Below, piece after piece: positions 24,001 to 36,120 of a stretch of 64,000 bases of DNA; the stretch's first letter is position 1; each line of letters begins with the position of its first letter. A program made the translations under genes and the position numbers. This stretch comes from Macrostomum hystrix. Taxonomy: Eukaryota > Animalia > Platyhelminthes. The stretch is from contig CATNEN010000038.1 of the NCBI GenBank assembly GCA_950097015.1, positions 2,542,001-2,606,000 of the forward strand, given 5' to 3'. Below the pieces are notes generated by a model, which worked only from the letters and a program-made list of their open reading frames with translations, was not told the DNA's origin and did not search any database.

Positions 24001-25806
24001 CAGCATTCAAATCCTCAGGTAGGCGTGTCACAGCATTCAAATCCTCAGGTACGTGTGTCACAGCCTTCAATCCTCAGGTATGCGTGTCACAGCCTTCAAA
24101 TCCTCAGGTACGTGTGTCACAGCCTTCAATCCTCAGGTAGGCGTGTCACAGCATTCAAATCCTCAGGTACGTGTGTCACAGCCTTCAATCCTCAGGTATG
24201 CGTGTCACAGCCTTCAAATCCTCAGGTACGTGTGTCACAGCCTTCAATCCTCAGGTAGGCGTGTCACAGCCTTCAATCCTCAGGTACGTGTGTCACAGCC
24301 TTCAATCCTCAGGTAGGCGTGTCACAGCCTTCAAATCCTCAGGTACGTGTGTCACAGCCTTCAATCCTCAGGTAGGCGTGTCACAGCATTCAAATCCTCA
24401 GGTACGTGTGTCACAGCCTTCAATCCTCAGGTATGCGTGTCACAGCCTTCAAATCCTCAGGTACGTGTGTCACAGCCTTCAATCCTCAGGTAGGCGTGTC
24501 ACAGCCTTCAATCCTCAGGTACGTGTGTCACAGCCTTCAATCCTCAGGTAGGCGTGTCACAGCCTTCAATCCTCAGGTAGGCGTGTCACAGCCTTCAATC
24601 CTCAGGTACGTGTGTCACAGCCTTCAATCCTCAGGTAGGCGTGTCACAGCCTTCAATCCTCAGGTAGGCGTGTCACAGCCTTCAATCCTCAGGTACGTGT
24701 GTCACAGCCTTCAATCCTCAGGTAGGCGTGTCACAGCCTTCAATCCTCAGGTAGGCGTGTCACAGCCTTCAATCCTCAGGTATGCGTGTCACAGCCTTCA
24801 ATCCTCAGGTAGGTGTGTCACAGCCTTCAATCCTCAGGTATGCGTGTCACAGCCTTCAATCCTCAGGTATGCGTGTCACAGCCTTCAATCCTCAGGTATG
24901 CGTGTCACAGCCTTCAAATCCTCAGGTACGTGTGTCACAGCCTTCAATCCTCAGGTATGCGTGTCACAGCCTTCAATCCTCAGGTATGCGTGTCACAGCC
25001 TTCAATCCTCAGGTATGCGTGTCACAGCCTTCAATCCTCAGGTACGTGTGTCACAGCCTTCAATCCTCAGGTAGGCGTGTCACAGCCTTCAAATCCTCAG
25101 GTACGTGTGTCACAGCCTTCAATCCTCAGGTAGGCGTGTCACAGCATTCAAATCCTCAGGTACGTGTGTCACAGCCTTCAATCCTCAGGTAGGCGTGTCA
25201 CAGCATTCAAATCCTCAGGTAGGCGTGTCACAGCATTCAAATCCTCAGGTACGTGTGTCACAGCCTTCAATCCTCAGGTATGCGTGTCACAGCCTTCAAA
25301 TCCTCAGGTACGTGTGTCACAGCCTTCAATCCTCAGGTAGGCGTGTCACAGCATTCAAATCCTCAGGTACGTGTGTCACAGCCTTCAATCCTCAGGTATG
25401 CGTGTCACAGCCTTCAAATCCTCAGGTACGTGTGTCACAGCCTTCAATCCTCAGGTAGGCGTGTCACAGCCTTCAATCCTCAGGTACGTGTGTCACAGCC
25501 TTCAATCCTCAGGTAGGCGTGTCACAGCCTTCAAATCCTCAGGTACGTGTGTCACAGCCTTCAATCCTCAGGTAGGCGTGTCACAGCATTCAAATCCTCA
25601 GGTACGTGTGTCACAGCCTTCAATCCTCAGGTATGCGTGTCACAGCCTTCAAATCCTCAGGTAGGCGTGTCACAGCCTTCAATCCTCAGGTAGGCGTGTC
25701 ACAGCATTCAAATCCTCAGGTACGTGTGTCACAGCCTTCAATCCTCAGGTAGGCGTGTCACAGCATTCAAATCCTCAGGTACGTGTGTCACAGCCTTCAA
25801 TCCTCA
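18019..25806. repeat. 29/30-bp satellite, main array (~265 units) with higher-order structure
   Basis: Same unit with GTAGG/GTATG/GTACG/GCAGG and +A variants; identical translated blocks at 21332, 22532, 23905 and 25105. Confidence 0.98.
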
Positions 25807-26741
25807 ACCATAAGAATGAGCATGAAGTTTTCTATGTGGGCTTGAGTATGCAGCGCAAGTTAAACTCTGAATCTTACGTTTTCTTCTAGTAGAGTTGCAG
25901 TCTGTGCGAATCGGCAAAAGTTGCCGCCGAGGCGGAGGCCGGCATCCGTCGGATCCTTGGCAAGCAAAATGAATTCGCCAGCCCAGACAGAGAAAGAAGA
26001 AGTCGAGAATAGAGTGAGCAGGAGTTTGAGTCGGGGCTGATTTGCATATTGCTGGTGTGCCATCAGCCAGCGCAGTCACTTTCCCATAGAGAGACCGCCT
26101 CAGAAAAGTGGCAAAAAGATGAAATGAGAAGGAGCTGGTATGTTGCCTGTGAGCGATCTGAGCTCATACTTGACGGCTTAATATCCCAGGGGGACTTCAC
26201 GTTAGGAACTGAGTCATGGGGAGATGTCTACGGTAGGGATTTTCATATTTTTTGCTTGCTGCCGAAAGCCAAACTGGTCATTGTGCACCCTGAAATGTTT
26301 GTTTCCAAATTGCCTTTTATGAAAACAAAATCCAAACCACGCAAGCTGCAATCTCACTGTCATTCATATGCGCTTCTCTCTGAGAAAGTTCTGAATGAAG
26401 TTTTCGATCTACATGATCAGTGCTGTTTTCAATAAGTCAGCCAATATTTGTTCGTGACCTCAACGTACCGGGATGAATTTAAACTGCGCTAAGAACCGTT
26501 AGGAATTGTACTGCGGGTATTTGCCCATCAGAGCTATACGCATCTGCTATGGGCACTTGATTTTAGCTACATGGGCACTTGATTAATAAAGCTTTTTGCC
26601 TATAGACTACGTAAAATTGCGAACAAGTAATTGAATATGTAACTAAGTCGTTAATGCGAGATGCAGAAGGGAACGCAAGAAGGCGAATATACACTTGTAT
26701 TTGCGAGGGGCTGGGCCTCGCGCACTTGTTAAGTGGGGTAC

Positions 26742-27042
26742 AGAACAGTCTATGGCTGCTTAAGCAGCGGCATCGGTCAGAACAGTCTATGGCTGCTTAA
26801 GCAGCGGCATCGGTCAGAACAGTCTATGGCTGCTTAAGCAGCGGCATCGGTCAGAACAGTCTATGGCTGCTTAAGCAGCGGCATCGGTCAGAACAGTCTA
26901 TATGGCTGCTTAAGCAGCGGCATCGGTCAGAACAGTCTATGGCTGCTTAAGCAGCGGCATCGGTCAGAACAGTCTATGGCTGCTCAAGCAGCGGCATCGG
27001 TCAGAACAGTCTATATGGCTGCTTAAGCAGCGGAATCGGTCA
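26742..27042. repeat. ~36-bp tandem repeat CAGAACAGTCTATGGCTGCTTAAGCAGCGGCATCGGT (~8 units)
   Basis: Head-to-tail repeats without spacers; internal palindrome GCTGCTTAAGCAGC. Confidence 0.95.
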
Positions 27043-27337
27043 ACTAACAACAAAGATAGTTAAAGTACGAGTGCAACAGAATACTGCAGAATTGGAAAAA
27101 TGTACAAATTCAGAGCCTCTCTGCTCACTGTCTATGGTAAAACCTGTGTCAATGCAGCAAGCAATTTATGCATGCATGCATTTTTTGGGAAAATGCATGC
27201 ATTCAGAGCCTCTGCTAACTGTCTATGGTAAAATCTGTTTCAAAACAGCAGACGTTTGAATTCTTCGAGCACTGTCTTCGTCGACTTCACCAACTGTCTC
27301 TCGATTCCGGTCAAAAAGGTGTACTATGAGTACACTT

Positions 27338-27351
27338 GTTGCTATAGTAAC
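27338..27351. promoter_or_regulatory. Candidate RFX X-box GTTGCTATAGTAAC
   Basis: Matches the palindromic X-box consensus GTTNCYATRGNAAC; target gene unknown. Confidence 0.35.
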
Positions 27352-28167
27352 TAAGTATAGGCAATTAAGAACTAATAAACCTTATGAAGTGATGACTGAG
27401 CCTTTGTAAGCTTGACTCATTAATTTTCTTTGTACTCGCATGCTCTAGCTGGCGAAAGGAGGCCTGCCCTTTGCCTGCCCTTTAATAGATTCCAGAATAC
27501 TACAAACAGCCTCATCACGTAGGCCTCACGTAGGCCTCAGTGCCAACTCGTCATCAGGGCTTGGTAAATTGTAGCTAAAACCAGCACCCGAGCAGCACTT
27601 TGACTACTCGATAGCAGCAGCCGTTAGCAAACATTGCACGGCTAAAAACTGGCTGTATGAGGCTGCACAGCTTCACCTATCAACTGTGCTCAATTGAGTA
27701 GATTGGGACAAACACAGAGGCCCTACACACACGTCTAAGCGCATAATTGGGTGTGTTCTGCGATGTATAATTAAGGCAAGTGCAGTCAGCATATCCGCAG
27801 CCTCTCATTGCCAGATTCTGTGTGAATTAGCCGCACAATAAGTTAGCTGAATTCCGATAAACATTGCAATTAGTACATTTTGCTGTACGTATAGCTTAGC
27901 AGAATAGTTTGATTAGAACTTTCTGAGCAGAATGAGAAAATTAGAGGAGTTAAGCATGTTAAGATGATTAAATATTTACAAATTTCCCTCTATTTTTAGT
28001 CGATAGAGCCAACTATGCAGCACGGAAGCTTCACAACGTCCCAATTTCTAACATTATCAGAAAAATTCTTCATTCTGCACTACTATAAGTAGAACATATA
28101 TTTTTGGTTGGGCCAGGAAAGAATAGAAAAAGATGTAAATTCCTAATTACTGATTAGCGTCAGTTCA

Positions 28168-28865
28168 TTGTACACCCGATTCTCACTCTCTTGTACACCC
28201 GATTCTCACTCTCTTGTACACCCGATTCTCACTCTCTTGTACACCCGATTCTCACTCTCTTGTACACCCAATTCTCTCTCTATTGTACACCCAATTCTCT
28301 CTCTCTTGTACACCCAATTCTCTCTCTCTTGTACACCCAATTCTCACTCTCTTGTACACCCAATTCTCTCTCTCTTGTACACCCAATTCTCTCTCTCTTG
28401 TACACCTAATTCTCTCTCTCTTGTACACCTAATTCTCTCTCTCTTGTACACACAATTCTCACTCTCTTGTACACCAAATTCTTTCTCTCTCTTGTACACC
28501 CAATTCTCTCTCTCTTGTACACCCGATTCTCACTCTCTTGTACACCCAATTCTCACTTTCTTGTACACCCAATTCACTCTCTCTTGTACACCCAATTCTC
28601 TCTCTCTTGTACACCCGATTCTTACTAACTTGCACACTCGCTTCTCCTTATTCTGTACACCCGATTCCCAGTCCATTGTACATCCGATTCTCACTATCCT
28701 GTACACCCGGTTCTCACTATCCTGTACATCCGGTTCTCACTATCATGTACACCCGGTTCTCACTATTCTGTACACCCGGTTCTCACTATCCTGTACACCC
28801 GATTCTCACTATCTTGTACACCCGGTTCTCACTATCCTGTACACCCGGTTCTCACTATCCTGTAT
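28168..28865. repeat. 23-bp minisatellite TTGTACACCC(G/A)ATTCTC(A/T)CTCTC
   Basis: Tandem units. Confidence 0.95.
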
Positions 28866-29324
28866 CTCCTGTCTCTTCCTATATTTCTGAAGAGAATCGG
28901 AGCACCCTGCATCCAGCACGGATGAACGCTCATTGTACTATAAGTTGAGAATGTATGAAAAACCGCAGGTACCATGGGAAGCAGCAATGAATGAGTACAC
29001 CTGTTGCAGTCTTCTGGGACTGGGGGGGAGTCTTATCCCATCCACGCCCTGAACAGTCTAAGGCTTCAAACTGAGCAGTCAATCTTCTGCCAGCTGAATT
29101 GTTTGCCGGCGGATATTGTCCACACATCGTGATGTTAAACAGACCATTCGTAAAGTCTGCTTTTCACGGCCAAGAAGAATCTGTGGCAAGCTTTCGCCCG
29201 CTAATCTCAGGAATCCCACGTGTCCAACTTTCTTTGATAATGCGGAACTGCTCATCCTACTAGACTGACACAGTGTAGTTTCAGCGACCCCATTGCATTG
29301 GGATTCAGCAATGGGTTAATTCTG

Positions 29325-29975
29325 GAATGTGATTATTTAGGAATGGGATTATTTAGGAATGGAATTATTTAGGAATGGGATTATTTAGGAATGGGATTAT
29401 TTAGGAATGGGATTATTTAGGAATGGGATTATTTAGGAATGGGATTATTTAGGAATGGAATTATTTAGGAATGGGATTATTTAGGAATGGGATTATTTAG
29501 GAATGGAATTATTTAGGAATGGGATTATTTAGGAATGGGATTATTTAGGAATGGGATTATTTAGGAATGGGATTATTTAGGAAAGGGATTATTTAGGAAT
29601 GGGATTATTTAGGAATGGAATTATTTAGGAATGGGATTATTTAGGAATGGGATTATTTAGGAATGGGGTTATTTAGGAAAGGGATTATTTAGGAATGGGA
29701 TTATTTAGGAATTGGATTATTTAGGAATGGGATTATTTAGGAACGGGATTATTTAGGAACGGGATTATTTAGGAATTGGATTATTTAGGAACGGGATTAT
29801 TTAGGAACGGGATTATTTAGGAACGGGATTATTTAGGAACGGGATTATTTAGGAACGGGATTATTTAGGAATTGGATTATTTAGGAATGGGATTATTTAG
29901 GAACGGGATTATTTTGGAACGGGATTATTTTGGAATGGGATTATTTAGGAACGGGATTATTTAGGAAAGGGATTA
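29325..29975. repeat. 16-bp minisatellite GGAATGGGATTATTTA
   Basis: About 40 tandem units. Confidence 0.95.
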
Positions 29976-30415
29976 TCAGTAAATGGGATTATTCTGGAAT
30001 GGGGGTTATTTACGAATAGGGTATTATATTTTTGAATAGTAACTAAATGGTAACTTTACTCAATTTTAAAAGGGTCTAAAAACTGTTTTCAAAGATACAA
30101 GCGTACAATAATACTCGTATTTTATTCTATCATACATTTTATTACAATATTAGTTGCCTCTCTGAAAATTCTGAAAAACAATGATCAGGTCCAACCAATT
30201 GCTCATCATTTTACGAGTGTACTCGTGTTTTAAGGTAGCAGAAAAAGCGAAGTCTTTTGAGTCCTTTCCGTGCTCCAGTGCTCAAAGAAGCCTTGATTTG
30301 CTTACACAGGCAGAGAAAACTAAGATCCACTTCTCTCAACACAAAAGCTGTTACACGGATGCCAGAGCAGAAGCTAATAAAATGACATCAACAGAAAGAA
30401 AAGCCGCATGCTCAC

Positions 30416-33194
30416 CTGTTCAACAGAAACTCCAGTAGGCTCGGCAGATGAAGCAAGTCTGAGTTCTGCTCACTGACTGCTAACCAGATCGAGTGTTCCT
30501 GTCCACTTTTATCTTCTCCGCGCGATGAATCCCAGTGAGCAGAACTCAAAAAGACAGCGGGTTGGTCAGAATCCGAGATCCTCCTCTTCCCATTGTCGCC
30601 GAAATCCCACTGGCTGTTGTTTTGCAATCCACTCTCCAACCATGAAGGTCCTGAGCTCGAATCCAAGGCAAGGCCACATTTTTGAGGCAACCAAAACCCA
30701 TGAGGGCCAACTCTTCAGGGATCAGAAAGTGCCATCAAACCTTCCCCATCTCTCACCCCCTTCCCCATCTCTCACCCCCTTCCCCATCTCTCACCTTCTT
30801 CCCCATCTCTCACCTTCTTCCCCATCTCTCACCCCTTCCCCATCTCTCACCCCTTCCCCATCTCTCACCCCTTCCCCATCTCTCACTCATTCTCCATCTC
30901 TCACTCCTTCCCCATCTCTCACCCCTTCCCCATCTCTCACTCATTCTCCATCTCTCACTCCTTCCCCATCTCTCACCCCTCCCCCATCTCTCACCTTCTT
31001 CCCCATCTCTCACCTTCTTCCCCATCTCTCACTCATTCTCCATCTCTCACTCCTTCCCCATCTCTCACCCCTCCCCCATCTCTCACCTTCTTCCCCATCT
31101 CTCACTCCTTCCCCATCTCTCACCCCTCCCCCATCTCTCACCTTCTTCCCCATCTCTCACCTTCTTCCCCATCTCTCACCTTCTTCCCCATCTCTCACCT
31201 TCTTCCCCATCTCTCACCCCTTCCCCATCTCTCACCCCTTCCCCATCTCTAATCTCCTTACACTCTACTCCCAGTTTGTAACACCCTTGTCTAACACAAG
31301 GACTACTAGACTATAACGACGTATTCCAGTGGTCCTTGGTCTAACAGGCTTCAGTTTGTAACACCTTTGTCTAACAGACCCCCAGTTTGTAACACCCTTG
31401 TCTAACAGACCCCCAGTTTGTAACACCCTTGTCTAACAGACCCCCAGTTTGTAACACCCTTGTCTAACAGACTCTCAGTTTTTAGTCGTTTCAGTACGGT
31501 TAGTCTCGCTGCTATGTATTGATTAGTAACCAAGGCTATTATGCTGAAAATTGTTTATACTATTTTGAGTCATATTCGTTTTTCATTACTATATCTTCTG
31601 CACGTGAGGAGAGAGAGAGAGATAGAGCTGCTCAATCCTTTGCCGCAAAAACATTTTTATGTTGCCACAATATTTTCGCCTCCACCCACTAGCCGCATTC
31701 GGGAGATAATCTAGACAATTCTTTGGATCTACCCGATAGGACTCGCGCCTTTAATCCCCGAATGCATAGTCGCTGCTCCTCCCACTGGGATAGCCGGAAT
31801 GATTGGCAATTTTCCACAGGTTAGAGCCGGCTACAGGATTGGTGACAAATCAATTTTAGGCCTCTGGGCTGCCCACCCACGGTGAAGCCCCGTGTCCCTT
31901 GAATGCCAGGCAGTGCGCACGAATTGCTGTATTTATACTGCGGATGCTCAATTTTCCTGTGATCCCGAACCGGCGCATAAAAAATGTGCTGCGCTTTACT
32001 AACAAAAATTGCAAGTTTTTAACGACAAAATGTTTATAGATTACAATTGATCCAAACGGACGGAGATGTCACGATATATAAAATCAATAAAGTTTAAAAT
32101 AAACAAATCAATTCTAACTTACCGCTGATGAACGAATAAATCAACTTAAATATGCTTGTTATCGTCTGGTGCAAACAGTCATAAAATAAGTACAAACTAG
32201 AGCAGCAAAAAACATTTTCAAAAATAGCTAGAAACAGCCTTAAATATTGTTTTTCTTTGCTGAGGCACGTATTTAAAAAAGTTAAACATTTTCAGTCTGG
32301 TCAGGCTGCAGTGCAGTCTCAATCTCACCTGCTCTCTCCTTCTACCTATCTCTTACCTCCGTCTCCCTCATCTCACCTCACCTCATCTCATCCCTCAGAG
32401 GCCACATTCATTTAAGGCGCAGCCGCGGAGAGAAGGCTTGTGGGCTTGTCATGCAATTTACGCCCTTGAGTGCGAACCTCCAAGGCCAAGTGAAAGTGTG
32501 CACTGCCTGACGATGAGAAAGTCAGGGCAGATGTACACACCTGTGTGAGCGAGTGCCTGCGTACAGTATCTGTTCAGGAGTCAGTGAAATGGGCAGAATT
32601 GCCTCCTCGCTGGCTGCGGGTCTAGTGTCAACAAATGATGTGCCATTGCCTGCAGCTCTCCTGCAATTATCATTATCTCTATTACCCCTTCTCCCCGTCT
32701 CTCACCTGTGATCTCCGTTTTCTCTAAAATATTTGCCGCCAGATCTCACCCTGCCAGACTGTAGAATCAGTTTGAGCAGTCGCGAATTCCCGCCAGTCCC
32801 AGTTGTGGATTCCTGGAGCACGGGAGCCTCCTGAATAGGCTTTTCCTTGTCCGTGAGCAGTTGCGGATCTTGCTGCTGCTGCTGCTGCTGCCGCAGCTGG
32901 CGTTGCACCTGGCCATGCAATGCCTTCACGCACTCCATACTCTGAGCCCACCTGGCGTGACTCCGCCATTTCGCCAGGTCTGAGGATGCCTTCAAATTCG
33001 AGCATCGATCTTCAGACTGAAAAAAAGTATATAATATATGAATACTTGCAAATAGCACTACTATCTCAGTAATATGAATAGGACTTCTCGCTAGAAGTTT
33101 TTCAAATTTCAAATTATGCCAATTAGCAGATCAACTCACCGCCAAGGGTTCCGGCATGATGTGCTCGGCGACTGGACTCAGTTTATTTGCCTCC
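30416..33194 (-). CDS. Unidentified multi-exon gene candidate (exons ~33194-33140, 33016-32706, 31926-31881, 31830-31733, 30712-30416)
   Basis: Five GT-AG bounded segments join in one open frame (EANKLSPVAEHIMPEPLA|SEDRC...QQQQ...GDHS|NSCALP...|PALTCGK...|GVGPHGFWLPQKC...). No recognisable domain; start and end not found. Confidence 0.45.
30742..31250. repeat. 18-19-bp pyrimidine-rich minisatellite CCCCATCTCTCACC(C/T)(C/T)TT
   Basis: Tandem units. Confidence 0.9.
31271..31480. repeat. Short array of the ~29-bp AGTTTGTAACACC(C)TTGTCTAACAG repeat
   Basis: Same unit as the 33250 array. Confidence 0.9.
31297..31338. mobile_element. 42-bp micro-element with 10-bp TIRs and 8-bp TSD GTCTAACA
   Basis: gtctaaca|CAAGGACTAC...GTGGTCCTTG|gtctaaca, interrupting a minisatellite unit whose empty form is present in neighbouring units. 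Confidence 0.75.
32398..32670 (+). mobile_element. SINE family 1, 5'-truncated copy
   Basis: Body and 3' structured tail match the other copies. Confidence 0.88.
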
Positions 33195-33249
33195 CTAAAG
33201 TGGATAATTAATTAAAATATTCTTCAAAATCGATATACAACACCAAATG

Positions 33250-35315
33250 CAACACCTTTGTCTAGCAGGCCCTTAGTTTGTAACACATTGTCTAGCAGGA
33301 TTCTGTTTGTAACACCTTGTCTAACAGGCCCTTAGTTTGTAACACCCTTGTCTAACAGGCCCTTAGTTTGTAACACCCTTGTCTTACAGGCTTAAGTTTG
33401 TAACACCTTGTCTAACAGGCTTCAGTTTGTAACACCTTGTCTAACAGGCTTCAGTTTGTAACACCTTGTCTAACAGGCTTCAGTTTGTAACACCTTGTCT
33501 AACAGGCTTCAGTTTGTAACACCTTGTCTAACAGGCCCTTAGTTTGTAACACCCTTGTCTAACAGGCCCTTAGTTTGTAACACCCTTGTCTAACAGGCCC
33601 TTAGTTTGTAACACCCTTGTCTAACAGGCCCTTAGTTTGTAACACCCTTGTCTAACAGGCCCTTAGTTTGTAACACCCTTGTCTTACAGGCTTAAGTTTG
33701 TAACACCTTGTCTAACAGGCTTCAGTTTGTAACACCTTGTCTAACAGGCTTCAGTTTGTAACACCTTGTCTAACAGGCTTCAGTTTGTAACACCTTGTCT
33801 AGCAGGCCCTTAGTTTGTAACACATTGTCTAGCAGGATTCTGTTTGTAACACCTTGTCTAACAGGCCCTTAGTTTGTAACACCCTTGTCTAACAGGCCCT
33901 TAGTTTGTAACACCCTTGTCTAACAGGCTTCAGTTTGTAACACCTTGTCTAGCAGGCCCTTAGTTTGTAACACATTGTCTAGCAGGATTCTGTTTGTAAC
34001 ACCTTGTCTAACAGGCCCTTAGTTTGTAACACCCTTGTCTAACAGGCCCTTAGTTTGTAACACCCTTGTCTTACAGGCTTAAGTTTGTAACACCTTGTCT
34101 AACAGGCTTCAGTTTGTAACACCTTGTCTAACAGGCTTCAGTTTGTAACACCTTGTCTAACAGGCTTCAGTTTGTAACACCTTGTCTAACAGGCCCCCAG
34201 TTTGTAACACCCTTGTCTAACAGGCTTCAGTTTGTAACACCTTGTCTAACAGGATTCTGTTTGTAACACCTTGTCTAACAGGCCCTTAGTTTGTAACACC
34301 CTTGTCTAACAGGCTTCAGTTTGTAACACCTTGTCTAACAGGCTTCAGTTTGTAACACCTTGTCTAACAGGCTTCAGTTTGTAACACCTTGTCTAACAGG
34401 TTTCAGTTTGTAACACCCTTGTCTAAAAGGCCCTTAGTTTGTAACACCTTTGTCTAACAGGCTTCAGTTTGTAACACCTTGTCTAACAGGCTTCAGTTTG
34501 TAACACCTTGTCTAACAGGTTTCAGTTTGTAACACCCTTGTCTAACAGGCCCTTAGTTTGTAACACCCTTGTCTAACAGGCCCTTAGTTTGTAACACCCT
34601 TGTCTTACAGGCTTAAGTTTGTAACACCTTGTCTAACAGGCTTCAGTTTGTAACACCTTGTCTAACAGGCTTCAGTTTGTAACACCTTGTCTAACAGGCT
34701 TCAGTTTGTAACACCTTGTCTAACAGGCTTCAGTTTGTAACACCTTGTCTAACAGGCCCCCAGTTTGTAACACCCTTGTCTAACAGGCTTCAGTTTGTAA
34801 CACCTTGTCTAACAGGATTCTGTTTGTAACACCTTGTCTAACAGGCCCCCAGTTTGTAACACCCTTGTCTAACAGGTTTCAGTTTGTAACACCCTTGTCT
34901 AAAAGGCTTCAGTTTGTAACACCTTGTCTAACAGGCTTCAGTTTGTAACACCTTGTCTAACAGGCTTCAGTTTGTAACACCTTGTCTAACAGGCTTCAGT
35001 TTGTAACACCTTGTCTAACAGGCTTCAGTTTGTAACACCTTGTCTAACAGGCCCCCAGTTTGTAACACCCTTGTCTAACAGGCTTCAGTTTGTAACACCT
35101 TGTCTAACAGGATTCTGTTTGTAACACCTTGTCTAATAGGCTTCAGTTTGTAACACTTTGTCTAACAGGTTTCAGTTTGTAACACCTTGTCTAACAGGCT
35201 TCAGTTTGTAACACCTTGTCTAATAGGCTTCAGTTTGTAACACTTTGTCTAACAGGATTCTGTTTGTAACACCTTGTCTAACAGGATTCTGTTTGTAACA
35301 CCTTGTCTAACAGGC
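33250..35315. repeat. 29-32-bp minisatellite AGTTTGTAACACCTTGTCTAACAGGCTTC
   Basis: About 68 tandem units. Confidence 0.97.
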
Positions 35316-35580
35316 TCTCACAGTTTTAGTTCGTCGTCAGCACAGCCGTCACAGATGTCCATTGAATAGAAATCAAATTTATGATACTGAAAACCTTGTC
35401 GAAACAATTCAACGAAAATACAAGGCCCGATCGGGTGCCTTCTTATTTAGATAAAAAAACTTCAGTTCAGTCTTTCCTAATTGGTTGAATTTCAGTTTAA
35501 TAAGCTAATTTGACTTCTCTGGGCATGCATGCTCGCCGCAATAGCCTAGCACTCCGTTCTGTTCTTTCACTTCTTTGCTT

Positions 35581-36120
35581 CAGGATTATTCTCACAGGAT
35601 TATCCTCAGAGGATTATTCTAACAGGATTATTCTAACAGGATTATCCCCACAGGATTATTCTGACAGGATTATTATCACAGGATTATTCTCACAGGATTA
35701 TTATCACAGGATTATTATCACAGGATTATTATCACAGGATTATTCTCACAGGATTATTATCACAGGATTATTCTCACAGGATTATTATCACAGGATTATT
35801 ATCACAGGATTATTCTCACAGGATTATTACCACAGGATTATTCTGACAGGATTATTATCACAGGATTATTCTCACAGGATTATTATCACAGGATTATTCT
35901 CACAGGATTATTCTGACAGGATTATTATCACAGGATTATTCTCACAGGATTATTATCACAGGATTATTCTGACAGGATTATTATCACAGGATTATAATCA
36001 CAGGATTATAATCACAGTATTATTATCACAGTATTATTATCACAGTATTATAATCACAGGATTATTATCACAGTATTATAATCACAGGATTATTCTCACA
36101 GTATTATTACCACAGGATTA
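35581..36120. repeat. 14-bp minisatellite CAGGATTATT(A/C)TCA
   Basis: Tandem units. Confidence 0.95.

Noticed and set aside
16187-25664. Dozens of 'CHSLQSSGR' ORFs
   Set aside because: They are translations of the 29/30-bp satellite in rotating frames.
26742-27042. ~36-bp palindromic repeats resembling a CRISPR array (also the 33-bp array at 42817)
   Set aside because: No unique spacers, no cas genes, eukaryotic context.
29001-29258. In-frame TGA in an exon-like minus-strand segment (possible selenocysteine)
   Set aside because: Exon status is unproven; no redox motif or SECIS identified.
29325-29975. TTAGG within the 16-bp unit suggesting telomeric repeat
   Set aside because: One TTAGGA per unit, not tandem TTAGG(G).
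32601-32614. GCCTCCTCGCTGGC in SINE tails, matching the P3/L3 segment of the genomic HDV ribozyme as I recall it
   Set aside because: No upstream P1 strand, no P1.1 GG at the right spacing and no C-N-R-A J4/2. The bases are fully explained by the three-way-junction fold shared with the LINE.
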